The position numbers and the translations under genes are program-made. Shown piece after piece: positions 12,327-25,500 of a stretch of 64,000 nt of DNA. The notes beneath the pieces were generated by a model that saw only the letters and a program-made list of their open reading frames with translations, was not told the DNA's origin and ran no database searches. Every line of letters begins with the position of its first letter. Position 1 is the stretch's first letter. The stretch is from assembly GCF_009914755.1 (NCBI RefSeq), contig NC_060938.1; one strand, given 5' to 3'. Origin of the DNA: the human T2T-CHM13v2.0 reference genome, Homo sapiens.

Positions 12327-15300
12327 CTAGAGGACAAGAGGAGATGAAGACAGCATCAGTTTGGGGGCCTTCAAGGGGAAGACACTGTATTCCTGCCATG
12401 AAGAATAGAAGGGACCTAAGGAAGGGGAGGTAGAGAAGGAAAAGCCCATGAAGAGATGCCTTAAAGACTGTGGTATTAAATAGTCTGCACAGGACAAAGA
12501 ACAAGGAACTTGACTTTTAAATGTCCCACATGCCAAAGGAGAAACCTCCTACCTACCCCCACCTGCCCACAAACATCCATGTTCACCACTTTACCTTGGA
12601 GATGGTTTTGTTGAGCTGCCCAGTGACTCCTGAGAAGTCAGCTTCTAAGTTGAGTATGTTGGTGAGACCAATTTGGGGAAGTATGTCTTCCAGGTTATAT
12701 GTTCCAGAAATTGAAAACCTTGGCAAGTGCAAATCCAACAGACTGGAGAGAGAAACAGACAGAGAAATGGTGCTCTCTTGTTAATATGTGCCACTCCTGC
12801 TCTGTCTGTTGGCAGCCTGAGCCATGGGAGAGAGGCATTTCCCAGCGTGAGAAGCAACCAGTCTTCCCATGACACTGTTCACTATGGCGGACCATGCCAC
12901 TACCCATACCCACAGCTCCCTTCTCTTTGGACCTCCTGGAATATCTTGTGGCTGGATCTGAGAGGACTCCAGGCACAGCTACCTGTCTTTGTCATCTTCA
13001 TCACATTTATAGAGGGCTTTCTAGGTGTCAGATATTGGCTATGTTTTTTCAAGGCTGAACTGATGGAATCCAAATCATGACCACATAAGGTAAATACTGT
13101 CAACATCTTCCCACTTCCGTATCTGATGCATCAGCAAGTTCTGTTGGCTCAGCTTCTGAACTAGGTCCTAAATCCACCTCCTGGCATCCCCTAATACAAG
13201 CAGCCATTGTCTCTCACCCATCTCCACTTCAGGTTCCTCTAGTGTTAAATGGCATGGTGATGCCCCCTCCTTGGGGCTGTTGTGAGGATCTGATGGGAGA
13301 TCATGTGTGTTGGGCATAGGGCACAAATGAACTCCTGCTTCTGCGTTTGGAGCATCTTTACCATCTGATTGCCACATTTCCCTGGGTTAAGTTCAGAAAT
13401 TTCTTTGGATCCACAGCAAATCTGCCCTTTCCCTCTGGGGTTATTCTTCTTTATAATTATGGTTTGACAGCTACCCAGGCACCTGAAAGCATGACTAGTT
13501 CATAACCAACTTGAACACTTCTGCCTCAGAAAATCGAATTCATGTTAGAGAATCGTGGCTGGTTTGACTCCTGGGCAATATGAGGGTCTGGATGCCTAAT
13601 TGAAGTAGGAGGACATCTAGGGCTATTTGACAAGTTTCCCATAGGCAGCACTTGGGTGGGAAGCAAGACCCGCGCCAGTTGGCTGGGGGGTGGAATAGAG
13701 TCTAGTGGGGCAGGGGTCTGACAGAGAGCCCAAAACACAGTGGATGTTTAACAACTGTGAATGAATACATACACGAATGGTGTGCCAGGAAGTGCAGTTC
13801 CCCTTGGCAAGCTAACCTGCCTCACATCTGAATGGAGTGAAACATGGCAGAGTCTGAAGTTCTTATATCTAAAAGCCCCTAAAAATGGATACTAAGATAT
13901 TGTAACTCTCTGGCACAAGGAATATCTGAGATTTAGAGGAGTAACTTGGGTCAGTTTTGCTTTTAGAATGTCAAAGTGGGAAGAAGTCAAACCAAACCCT
14001 CCCTGAGGGAAAATCTACTGGTCTAGAAGAGTCTATGGCACTCCCTTCTGTGATGGGGGCAAGGAGAAGACTCACCCCAAAGGAGCCAGGGACTATGGGG
14101 CTGAAATTAGCAACTGACTAGAGCCATGGAGCTTCATGGACAACAGGAATAATCTCTTAAATCCTGGCCTCTCCCCTTGGCCCGTGCCTCTTATTTGGTG
14201 TTTTAATCTCTGCCCAAACACAAAATGCCTTCTCTATCCCTGGTACCTCAGTGTGAATGGGGTGCTGAGAGAAGTCACTTTTGGATATGTGGGGTGGCTA
14301 GTGCCTCCCAGGTTGTGGTGGATTCAAGATGACCGTCAAAAGGTGGCATCTATGCACCCTCCCCTTGAATCTGGGTGGGCTCTGCACCACCCAGCCATTG
14401 GCTCTCCAACCACCCATTGGCTCTGCCACCAATACAATGTGGCAGAAGTGCCACTGTGCTGATTTCCGGGCCTAGGCCTTACCAGACTGGTAGCTTTCAT
14501 TTCCTGCCTTTGAAATATTCTGTCTTGGAGACCCTAGCTGCCATATACCAGTATTAACTATGCTGATCTGCTGAACCTGAGCTAGCCTCATGGAGACACT
14601 ACATGCAGAGAGAGATGCCTGCCAGCCTTAATCTCTTCCAGCCAGCCCAGCACAGGCACCAGACACATAAGTGAAGAGAGTTCAGTGGCTTCAGCTCCAG
14701 CTGCCACCTACTCCAACACATGAAAACTGCCCAGCTGAGCCCAGTTAACCCATAGAACCAAGGAAGTGATTGTCTTAAGTCATTCGGTTTTGGGGTGGCT
14801 TGTTATGCAGCAAGCAGTAAGTAGAACTAAGTACCAGATTTCATCTCAGAGTACCCCATAAAAGAAGATGCACCCCCAAGAAGGTATTAGCTGGTGAAGG
14901 GGGTCTAGGGAAACTAGAAAAAGCTGAAGTTGCTGTGATAAAACTACAAACCATAAAGCAAGTGAGATGGGAAATAGTTTAGAGATCACATAAAACAGGA
15001 ACTTTAATGTTTACAATGTTCTTAATATTTAATTTTTTAAACATGTTTTAATTAAAGTAGAAGCACCCTTTAACAATATGATGATAATAATAATTTTTTA
15101 TTAGAGATAGGATCTAGCTTTGTTGCCCAGACTGGAGTGCAGTGGCACAATCATAGCTCACTGTAACCTCAAATTCCTGGGCTCAGGTGATCCTCTTTCC
15201 TCATCCTCCCAGGTAGTTGGGACTATAGGCATGCATCAACATGTCCAGCTATATATGTTTTTTTTTAATTTTGCATAGAGGCAGGGTCTTGCTATGTTGC

Positions 15301-18291
15301 CCAAGCTAGTCTTAAACTCCTGGCCTCAAGTAATCCTCTCACCTTGGCCTCCCAAAGCACTGGGATTGTAGGTCTGAGCTGCTGCACCCAGCCATGATTA
15401 TTTTTCACTGTCTCTGATCTGATTTTTTTTGCTGTACTTAACCACCTTCTGTTCCTTCTGTTAGTGAATTGTTATGGGAGGGTGTGGTGGGGAGAGAGGA
15501 AAGCAAGAGGAAAGGAGATGGGGATCAGACAGACACCAGGAAAGTATAATAACAGTCAATGCCTGGTGAGCACTTCTTATGCTCCACGTACCAGTCTAAG
15601 TTCTACATTCTCTATGGGTAGAAACTCAATGAATCTACTGAGCAACCCAATGAGGCAGGTATCATGTTCTTAGTTTTACAGTAGAGGCCCAAAAAAGGTG
15701 AGAAAATTGCCAAGATCACACAGTTAGTAAAGGACAAGATGGTGAGCCTAATCGAGATGGATGTTGGGCTTTTGCAGCTGGAGTTGATCAAGACCTGCTG
15801 GGGTTCTTGAGCAAGGTCAGCCAGCATCCTTCTGCTGTGACACTTACCTGGGCAGGAGCAATTGGCCCCATTTTCTCAGGGTCTGTGGCTGCAGAGCAGC
15901 CTCCACCTGCTTCATTTTCCCCGGGTCAGGGAGGACCAGCAGCGCCAAGGCATTTCCTCTGTATTCTATCTGGAGGACGGTGCAAGCCAAATCCTGGTCA
16001 TAGAGGAATCTGTGCATTTCCTTTTGGTGCATCATGGGGACCTGGAGAGAAGTCCTCTCATCCACAAAGAAACTTTCCTGCTTCTGGGTCTGGTAGCGAC
16101 TGAAAGGGTGCTTCCACTTGGCTTAGGACACAAAACCCATAAGGCCATGAGAACTCTTTTCAAGAGAGCAACTCTGGGTAGACACACACAAAACCACAGT
16201 TCCTCTTGGCTATGCAAGTATGTGGCAAAAAATGTGGAATGGTTACAGAGCCAGGAGACCAGAATTTAGGCCTGGCTCAGTCTCTAGGACAAGTCACCAG
16301 TGTTTGAGCACTAACAGCCTACGATTTTGTTCCATTTCAGAGGAACTTAGCTTCTAACAAGCCAAAAGGTATTTTTCCATCTACTAAGAACCTTCCATGT
16401 GTTAGACATTATCTCTTTAAATTGTCATAAAAATTAATAAGAAATAAGTATTATTCCCATATCAGGGATGATCAAACTGAGTCTTTGTGAATTTATTTAA
16501 ACATACTAATTTGCAGAGCTGGGATGACTGACTGAGCAGCTCAGATTGCTTGCAAACACTGAATTAATCCTTCTCAACCAAACTGCCTCTAGACAACAAC
16601 CTTCTACAGAGACGCTCAAGAGCTCCTTCCTTCACTCACCCACCCCAACTCCCTAATCTTCAAACTGAAAAAGGAAAAAGAATTCAATTAATAAAATGTC
16701 ATGCATTAGGCAAAAGCCCATTAAGATGTAGTTAGAAATGCAGAATTTTGGGGTCATGGTTACATTCACACATGTAGTATCTTCTCTCTTACTTCTTATA
16801 AATCTGTCCCCACAAACACCTCTTGCAAGCACTCTGGTCTTGATAACAGGAGAACTGGGTCATCCTGTCCTACATACCCACACCCAATCAATGACCAAGT
16901 ATTGCTGATTCTACCTCCAAAACCACAACTTTATTCAAGGCCACCGTGCTACTTACTTTGGACCACTATGAAAACCTCCCAACTTGTCTCTCCTCTCTCA
17001 CCCTTTCTCCCTTCCAAACCACCTTCCAAATTGTAGCCAGTTTGAGCTTCCTAAAACATATGTAATCCTGTCACTTCACATTTAAAAGTCTTCGGCAATT
17101 CTAAGGTTCCCTGAATAAAGCTGGGAGCCCTCAACCTGGCCCTGTTTCCCTCTGCATTGCAACTCTTGGTTTCTTCCTATTATTCTGCTATTGTGTTTGA
17201 TGTTCTATCCCAACTAAATTTGTTTCAGTTCTTTGAAAATGCAATGATATCTCTTTTCCCTGGACCTTTAGATATGCTAGTTTTTTTCAACCTGAACCCT
17301 CTTTGCCCCACCTCTCCCAAGCTTCTTCACCTGAGTGGATACTACTCACTCTCATGTCTTAGCTTGGGTGGCTGTTTTACCAGGAAGCTTCTCAAGTCTG
17401 GATGGGTGTCTCTTTTGGGAACTCTGTGGCACCCAATGCCTATGCAAGGACAGCATCACCATCCCACTGAGTTATTTTCTGCACTTATTTCCAACCCACA
17501 TGGACTGTGGCTACGCAAGTGTGGGAAAGCTCTATCTTATTCATAGATTTCCCCAAGTGGTTAGCAAAGAACCTATTAGCTGGCTCTCTGCTGTAAGAGC
17601 ATTTACTTGCAGAGGCAGTGGCAATAATTCTGTCTGAGCAAGCCTCACCTTTGAAGAAGATGTAATTGGCAAGAACCATGAACGTGTCCTGGCTGAACTC
17701 CGGGAGGCAGTCCACGACTTGCCCGTATGTTTGCCTTCTCAAATAGTCATTAATCTGCCTCCCAGTTGTAACAGAATCTGTGAAGTTGGCAGAAAAAGCA
17801 AAAGCTCCATAAAGCTCCTTGATGCTGTCCAAATAGTGCTGCCGAGGCTTTAGTCGCTTGTCTAGGAACAGGGAGTTTCCTACTTTTAGTTCGAGTTTGG
17901 GGCTGGGCAGGGCAAGGGTGTGGAGGAGGCTCCGGAAGCCCTGGTGGATGTCGGCTTCAGGGGTTTCTGTGAGGTTGAATCCCAGGCCCTCCAGGATCAG
18001 AGCTGAGGTGTTAGCTTGGGCCCCAAGAGAGAGCAGGGCCAGGGTGGTGGAGATGCTCACTGGCGAGAAGAAGATGTTTCCGGGGGCGTCTGCTGCCAGC
18101 TCTTTATACAAACGCAAAGCAAAATTGGTAATGGTGGGTGTGATTCTGTGGTAGGCGGGGGCTGGCTCTGAGAGCTGATGCCTGGGGGGTTGAGGCCCCT
18201 GCAGACTTTTATCTCCATGGGCAAGAAGGGGCTGACAGTGGACAGAGGCCAGGATCCCTGTTCCCAGTAGCCAAAGCCAAGCTGGACCCAT
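12123..18291 (-). CDS. SERPINA11: Serpin A11, complete spliced CDS: join(17649..18291, 15848..16121, 12595..12742, 12123..12326) = 1269 nt, 422 aa
   Basis: Signal peptide [19 protein letters not shown]. Serpin motifs [18 protein letters not shown], hinge [10 protein letters not shown] and C-terminal FNRPFLLLL...LFLGKVVNP. All four exons have GT/AG boundaries, and lengths 643+274+148+204 give an unbroken frame ending in TAA. Confidence 0.97.
12595..12742 (-). CDS. SERPINA11: SERPINA11 third coding exon (148 nt)
   Basis: Acceptor tctctccag|T. Manually translated as [49 protein letters not shown] (not in the ORF track). Donor AAG|GTAAAG. Confidence 0.95.
14310..14830 (+). mobile_element. Old MaLR LTR (MLT1-type) in a SERPINA11 intron
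   Basis: ccttgaatctgggtgggctctg...cccagctgagcccag...ttttggggtggcttgttatgcagcaa. Confidence 0.65.
15094..15393 (-). mobile_element. Alu (J-type)
   Basis: Diverged antisense Alu with cacaatcatagctcactgtaacctc. Confidence 0.9.
15848..16121 (-). CDS. SERPINA11: SERPINA11 second coding exon (274 nt)
   Basis: Acceptor tgtcctaag|CCAAGTGG. Encodes AKWKHPF...VPMMHQK...KWGQLLLP. Donor CCAG|GTAAGT. Confidence 0.95.
17649..18291 (-). CDS. SERPINA11: SERPINA11 first coding exon (exon starts at 18294, ATG at 18291)
   Basis: Acceptor tttcag|AGAATG. Lies in ORF 17485..18321. Donor AAAG|GTGAGG at 17649/17648, phase 1. Confidence 0.96.
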
Positions 18292-18585
18292 TCTCTGAAA
18301 ACAAGAGGGTGAACATGTCACTTTTCTCCATAAATAATGTCATGATTCTCTATTGCTCATACCACAAATCCCACCTTCACAATGTGCCCCACAGGGCTGC
18401 CATGAGGGGCACTGAAGAAGACAAGGCTGTGGATGATTAGGATTCTGGACACTTTCCTCCGAGGCTTCAGTGAAGGTAGCAACCCTTTATCTGCTTTACA
18501 TATAGTAGGTTTCTAACATTTTGTTGAGTAAAAGTCTCTGGACTATAAAACAATAGCAATAACAACAACAACAATGGCAACTCCT

Positions 18586-18860
18586 GGCCAGGCATGTTGG
18601 CTCACACCTATAATCTCAGCAGTTTGGGAGGCTGAGGTGGGAGGATCGCTTGAGCCCAGGAGTTTGAGACCAGGCTGGGCAACATAGGGAGACCCCCTCT
18701 ACAAAATGTTTTTAAAAATTAGCTGGGTGTGGTGGCATGTTCCTGTAGTCGCTGAGGTGGGAGAATCGCTTGGGCCTGGGGGGTCTAGGCTGCAGTGAGC
18801 TGTGATTGTACCACTGCACTCCAGCCTGGATGACAGAGTGAGAACCTGTTTTAAAAACAA
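18586..18860 (+). mobile_element. Alu (J-type)
   Basis: ggccaggcatgttggctcacacctataatctcagc...gcttgagcccaggagtttgag. Confidence 0.9.
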
Positions 18861-18898
18861 CCACCACCACAACAGCAAAACAACTTCCATAGTCTAGC

Positions 18899-18914
18899 CT
18901 CCCTCCCTCTTTTT

Positions 18915-18993
<79 letters not shown>

Positions 18994-19125
18994 GTCTTTC
19001 TTTCTGTCTTTCTTTCTCTTTCTTTCTTTTTCTTTCTTTCTTTCTTTTTCTTTCTTTCTCTTTCTCTTTCTTTCTTTCTTTCCTTCCTTCCTTCCTTCCT
19101 TCCCTCCTTCTTCCTTCCTTCCCTT
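18899..19125. repeat. (TTTC)n/(TTCC)n pyrimidine microsatellite
   Basis: Directly visible. Produces the spurious K/E/R-rich ORF 18712..19158. Confidence 0.97.
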
Positions 19126-19721
19126 ATCTTTCTTCTCTCCAGTCATTCTTTCAATCATTCATTAACTTTCAAGTATCTGCCTGGTCCAAGAGGTAGCTAG
19201 GTCCTCAGTATTTAGTGGGGAAAGAAGTAAACAAAATTTCAGATTTCCTAGAGTTAAGGGTTTAATTGACACTAGCTTAGGTGACACTCAATAGCTATAT
19301 ATGTGATGACAAATTGAGAAGAACATGCTTGGAGCAAATGTCCTGGCCACACTGCCAGTGATATTAGGCCTCCCTCACATCCAGCATGGCTATTGACTAT
19401 GATCCTGCCCATTGGAAAGGAAAGGATGATGTGCAAAGCCTCGGTCAGGCCCCAAGAGAAAGAAGAGTGCCCTCCCCCTTTCCAGTCGTTCATTAGCTGG
19501 AGTGGCGATGTGAGGATCGGCCATCTGGATGTGTGGATGAAGACAGCCCAGGAGTGGGGAGCAAAGTAGCAGGGCTGATGGAGCCTAGAGGAGCGATGAG
19601 AGAGAGCAACTCTGTCTCCATGTCTCTGTCCAGCCTCTGATATCTGGGATGCCTCTTGTCACAAGCAGAGGCTGAAACCTCTCTATTTTTTTTATTGCCT
19701 CAGGGCTGTGGGGATGATGTC

Positions 19722-20183
19722 TGTTACGTGCTGAATTGTACCTGCCCGAAATTCATATGCTGAAGTCTAGACACCTAGTATCTCCAGATATGATCTTGTT
19801 TGGAAATAGGGTCATTGGAGATGTAATCAGTTAAGATGAGGTCATTAGAGCAGGCTCCTAATCCAATATGACTGATGTCCTTACAAGAAGGAGCAATTTG
19901 GACACAGACAACACACAGGGAGAATGCCATGTGAAGATGAAGGCAGAGATCAGGGTGATGCTTCTACAAGCCGAGGAAAGCGAAAGATGGCCAGCAAACT
20001 AGGAGAGAGGCAAAGCTAGGAAAGGAGCCTGGAGCAGATTCTCCTTCACAGCCTCAGAAGGCACCAACCCTGTCAACCCCTTGATCTTGGACTTCTAACC
20101 TCCAGAACTGTGAGTCAAAAATTTCTGTTGTTTAAGCTGCCTGGCATGTAGTATTTATTAAGATAGCCCTTGCAAACTAATGT
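19722..20183 (+). mobile_element. MLT1B/C-like MaLR LTR
   Basis: tgaattgt...tttggaaatagggtc...agttaagatgaggtcatt...ctccagaactgtgag...aaactaat. Confidence 0.85.
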
Positions 20184-22113
20184 GATATCTTTTGTGCTTT
20201 ATTTTAAGTTACAAAATGTGCCAGAAGAGCCTTTATTTCACTTCCAGGGATCAAAGTGGTACAGGAGCAGGAAGACCCCTTGTTTTAGGGCTGGGAATGC
20301 AGCCTGAGCTGGAGGGGGAACTGCAGTGCAAACAGGGTTGTCTCTACTCACCCTGCCCAATGTTCCATGCTCTCCTTTCCCTTTCAGTCCCATCCCCCGA
20401 CCCTACACCCATCTTCAGGTTCTTGCAGAAGACTCATGACCACATTGCTACTGGGACCCTCCCAAATCTTGATTTTCTCAGTAAGGAAGGCAGCCTTCTC
20501 TTCTCCCTTCAAATCCAACTCTTCCACCGTTCCATTCATTGCGCAGCAGCTGTGCACTGCTGACCACCTCTATCACTCCTCATCAGTTTGTCCTGATAAC
20601 ATTTGTGTCTTAACTGGCACCTTTAATAATTTTTTGCCTAAACCAATGACTTCTGGATCAATTGCAAATGCTGCGACAGTGAAAGAGAGATTATATTTTT
20701 GCAAATGGGTTTGTAGCCCCTGGTGCCCTAAGTAGCCTGCCAAACGACAAAGGCCAGGTGTCAGGAGGGACGAATGTGGTCTCATTATCTGCTATGTTGA
20801 AATGCGTTTGCTGGTCAAAGTACTGTGGGCACGCCCCCAAGGCTACGTCCTCCCTTTCTCCAGCACAGTGTGGGTTCACTTAATGACAGCCCCAGTGAAC
20901 TCCCAATGTGGGTTCACTTAATGACAGCTTCCATACACTTCAGATTTTCTTTTGATCGAAAATTTGGAAGATGCAAATCAATTTAAAAATTGTTCTACCC
21001 CTGGGTAAAATGAAGTGCCTGTAATGAAACTATTTCTGGTTTATTCTTTTTATCCCATTGAACTCAGCACCATTTTCTACTCCACTGCACCCCAGGGACT
21101 CCCTGACTTGCAAATGACCTATTTCCCAAAGGGGATTCAATTGTAAATGAGGGGACCTTGGAATCAAGGCTGTGCAGTAACTCACTGCCTCATACTGTGC
21201 AAAAGCAGCTGTCTGAAACTCAGTGTCTCCCTTTGCAAAATGCAAATGATATTGCCCACCTCCTGGGTGTGGGGCCATTTCGGGATTATATGACAGTCAA
21301 TGTACAAAGCTCCAGGCATGCCGAAAGTACTCAATGGCAGTTTTTTTCCCTTTCTATCAAGCCTGGGGTAATGATGCCCAATTCATTTCTTAATTCCTCT
21401 TCCAGAAAGATCCCAGAGGAAAATTAAGAACTATATTCGTGAAGTATAATATTCTCACTTATTAAGGGTTTATGAAGTGATAGGATATTACATGCATTGT
21501 AACACTGGCTCCTGACAAAGGCAGGGGGAGGGCTGTGTGTAAAGGAGATAGAGGTGACATTTTGGATCAGCTCAATGCCTGGTGGAGGGATGCTGCTGGA
21601 GTTTAGTTGGGGAACAGCTGGGCTCCCGAAAGCTCTTGAAACACCCAGAATAGTCACATTCAATGAAGAGTGGTCCTGCCCAAATACCGGTAGTGCCCTT
21701 GTTGAGAAACACTTGCTTTGTCTTATTTAATTTAATCCTTATGAGAACCTCAAAGCACAGGGATTATTAGCCCTACTGTACACAGGGAATGACTGATGCA
21801 GGGTTAGGACAAGCCGCCTGGTGAGAGCAGGAGCAAGACTCAGATTCCAGACCAGAGCTCCTAAGCACCCTTTTCACAGGACAGCTTCTAGTAAATGTGC
21901 TGCAGCATCATTGTCATTGTGCTTTGGGTTGTATTGTTTCATTTTCTTGTCTAACTGGCAGGAATGTTTGGGATTCTTCCTCTCAAAATTCTTGAAGTTT
22001 TCCATAAAAGGAGATTGAAAACCTGAAGTCTCTCCTTTAAGACTCAGAGGGAGTACATGGTTGCATTTCTTCTTCAGGGACTTACTTCTCCCATCCTTAC
22101 CATCAAAGCCAGG

Positions 22114-22114
<1 letters not shown>

Positions 22115-22164
<50 letters not shown>

Positions 22165-22182
22165 ACAGAGAGAGAGAGAGAG
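22115..22182. repeat. (CA)n(GA)n microsatellite just inside SERPINA11 intron 1
   Basis: Directly visible. Confidence 0.95.
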
Positions 22183-22240
22183 AAGGGAGTGAGGCAGTTT
22201 CTGCCCCTGCCCTCATTTTGGGCACAGGCAAAGTACTTAC

Positions 22241-22310
22241 AGAGCAAAGGCACTGAGCAGGGGCCCAGGTCTTCAGCACTGCATCACCTCTACCCACAGG
22301 AAAATGGTGT
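22241..22310 (-). other. SERPINA11: Probable non-coding exon 1 of SERPINA11 (5' end approximate)
   Basis: Strong donor TCT|GTAAGTA at 22241/22240 in unique sequence. Followed upstream by liver-type motifs and then the L1 tail. Clade-A serpins have a non-coding first exon. Confidence 0.6.
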
Positions 22311-22548
22311 TTGAAGATCACAGCAACCTGGTCAATATTTGTCAGGTCAATTCTGGGAACTGGTATGAAGACAATGCACAGCAAACAGGAAGGGCTCTTT
22401 TTTTTCAAAGTATCTGCCCTGACTGCCTGTCCCACAAACAAATGGTGGATTGTGACTTAAGCCCAGGCTCGCTTTGAGAATATTCTGATGCTGGCAGCAG
22501 GTGGTGGTGTGGTTGTGGCTGTTGCCTGTGTCTGTGGTTGTATGATCC
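22310..22548 (-). promoter_or_regulatory. Putative SERPINA11 proximal promoter with FOXA/HNF3-like and nuclear-receptor half sites
   Basis: gtcaatatttgt (22331-22342), AGGTCA (22344-22349), gcaaaca = TGTTTGC (22381-22387). Motif-only inference. Confidence 0.45.
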
Positions 22549-22559
22549 AGGCTGTATTC

Positions 22560-25500
22560 TTTTTTTTTCTAACTTTTTTATTTCCATAGGTTTTGGGGGA
22601 ACAGGTGGTATTTGGTTACATGAGTAAGTTCCTTAGTGGTAATTTGCAAGATTTTGATGCACTCATCACCCAAGCAGTATACACTGAACCCAATATGTAG
22701 TCTTTCATCCCTTACCCCGCTCCCACTCTTTCTCTCGAGTCCCCGAAGTCCATTGTATCATTCTCATGTCTTCCCATCCTCATAGCTTAGCTCCACTTAT
22801 GAGTGAGAACATATGATGTTTGGTTTTCCATTCCTGAGTTACTTCACTTAGAATATAATAGTCTCAAGGTCCACCCAGGCTGCTGTGAATGCAACTAATT
22901 CGTTCCTTTTTATGGCTGAGTAGTATTCCATCATATATATATACACCACAGTTTTTTTATCCACTCATTGATTGATGGGTATTTGGGTTGGTTCCACAAT
23001 CTTGCAACTGCAGATTGTGCTGCTGTAAACATGTGTGTGCAAGTATCTTTTTCATACAATGACTTCTTTCCTCTGGGTAGATACCCAGTACTGGGATTGC
23101 TGGATGAAATGGTAGTTCTACTTTTAGTTCTTTAAGGAATCTGCACACCGTTTTCCATAGGGGTTGTACTAGTTTACATTCCCACCAGCAGTGCAGAAAT
23201 GTTCCCTTTTCACCACATCCACGCCAACGTCTATTATTTTTTTATTATGGCCATTCTTGCAGGAGTAAGGTGATATCACACTGTGGTTTTGATTTGCATT
23301 TCCCTGATCATTAGTAATGTTGAGCATTTTTTCTTATATTTGTTGGCCATTTGTATGTTTTCTTTTGAGAACTGTCTATTCATATCTTTAGTCCACTTTT
23401 TGATGGGATTGTTTGTTTTTTCTTGCTAATTTGTTGGAATATCTCTGGATATTAGTCCTTTGTCAGATGTATAGATTGTGAAGATTTTCTCCCACTATGT
23501 GGGTTGTCTGATTACTCTGCTGACTGTTCCTTATGCTGTGCAAAAGCTCTAAAGAGCTTAATTAAGTCCCACCTGTTTACCTTTGTTTTTATTCCATTTG
23601 CTTTTGAGTTCTTGATCATGAAATCCTTGCCTAAGCCAACGTCTAGAAGGATTTTTCCAATGTTATCTTCTAGAATTTTTATAGTTTCCAGTCTTAGATT
23701 TAAGTCCTTGATCCATCTTGAGTTGATTTTTGTATAAGGTGAGAGATGAGAATCCAGTTTCATTCTCCTACATGTGGCTTCCCAATTATCTCAGCACCAT
23801 TTGTTGAATGGGGTGTCTTTTCCTCACTTTGTGTTTTTGTTTGCTTTGTCTACGATAACTGGGCTGTAAGTATTTGGGTTTATTTCTGGGTTCTCTATTC
23901 TGTTCCATTGGTCTATGTGCCTATTTTTATACCAGTACCATGCTGTTTTGGTGATTATGGCCTTATAGTATAGTTTGAAGTTAGGTAATGTGATGCCTCA
24001 TTTTAGTCTGGCTTTGGCTATGCAGGCTCCTTTTTGGTTCCGTATGAATTTTAGCATTTTTTTTCCAGTTCTGTGAAGAATGATGGTGGGATTTTGATGG
24101 GAATTGGCTCTGAATTTGTAGATTGCTTTTTGTGGTATGGTCATTTTCACAATATTGATCCTACCCATCTATGAGCACGGGATGTGTTTCTATTTATTTG
24201 TGTCATCTATGAGTTTTTCAGCAATGTTTTGTAGTTTTCTTTGTAGAGATCTTTAACCTCCTTGGTTAGGTATATTCCTAAATATTTTATTTTTTTGCAT
24301 CTATTGTAAAAGAGGTTGATTTCTTGATTTGATCCCCAGCTTGGTCACTGTTGGTGTATAGCAGACTTATTGATTTGTGTACATTAATTTTGTATCCTGA
24401 AACTTTGCTGAATTAATTTATCAGTTCCAGGAGATTTTTGGAGGAGTCTTTAGGGTTTTCTGGGTATATGATCATTTCATCAACAAACAGTGACAGTTTG
24501 ACTTCCTCTTTACTGATTTGGATGCCCTTTATTTCTTTCTCTTGTCTGATTGCTCCTGCGAGGACTTCCAGTACTATGTTGAATAGAAGTGGTGAGAGTG
24601 GGCATTCTTGTCTTGTTCCAGTTCTCAGAGGGAATGCTTTCAACTTTTACCCATTCAGTATTATGTTAGCTGTGGGTTTGTCATAGATGGTTTTTGTTGC
24701 ATTAAGGTGTGTCCCTTATATGCCGATTTTGCTGAGGGTTTTAATCATAAAGCGATGCTGGATTTTGTCAAATGCTTTTTCTGCATCTATTGAGATGATC
24801 ATGTGATTTTTGTTTTTAACTCTCTTTATGTGGTGTATTACATTTATTGACAACCATCCCTGCATGCCTGGTATGAAACCCACTTGATCATTGGATTATC
24901 TTTTTAATATGTTGTTGGATTCTGTTAGCTAGCATTTTGTTAAGGATTTTTTGCATCTATGTTCACCAGGGATATTGGTCTGTAGTTTGTTGTTGTTGTT
25001 GTTATGTCCTTTCCTGGTTTTGGTATTAGGGTGATACTGGCTTAATAGAATGATTTAGTGAGGATTCCCTCTTTCTCTATCTTGTTGAATAGTATCAACA
25101 GGATTGGTACCAATTTTTCCTTAAATGTCTGGTAGAATTCAGCTGTGAATCCATCTGGTCCTGGACTTTTTTTTTTTTTTGGTAATTTTTTAAATTACCA
25201 TTTCAATCTCACTGCTTGTTATTGGTCTGTTCAGGTTATCTAATCCTTCCTGATTTAAACTAGGAGGATTGGATCTTTCCAGGAAATTATCCATCTCCTC
25301 TAGCTTTTCTAATTTATGCACATAAAGGTGTTAATAGTAGCCTTGAATGATCTTTTGTATTTCTGTGGTGTCTGTTTTAAAATCTTTCATTTCATTTCTA
25401 ATTGAGCTTATTTGGATTTTCTCTCTTCTTGGTTAATCTTGCTCATGGTCTTCTTTTTTTATTTTTTCCAAGAACCAGCTTTTTGTTTCATTTATCTTTT

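Noticed and set aside
17858-18154. + strand ORFs antisense to serpin exons (also 15862, 36674, 38726, 56895)
   Set aside because: Shadow ORFs expected opposite coding exons; no independent splice or start evidence.
18712-19158. 148-aa Lys/Glu/Arg-rich ORF (and the similar 58505..58837)
   Set aside because: Translation of (TTTC)n or GA-rich microsatellite plus Alu; not a gene.
20971-21247. Other ATGCAAAT octamers (20971, 21240; also 48731, 62403)
   Set aside because: Isolated 8-mers not tied to a TSS, at a frequency compatible with chance in 64 kb.
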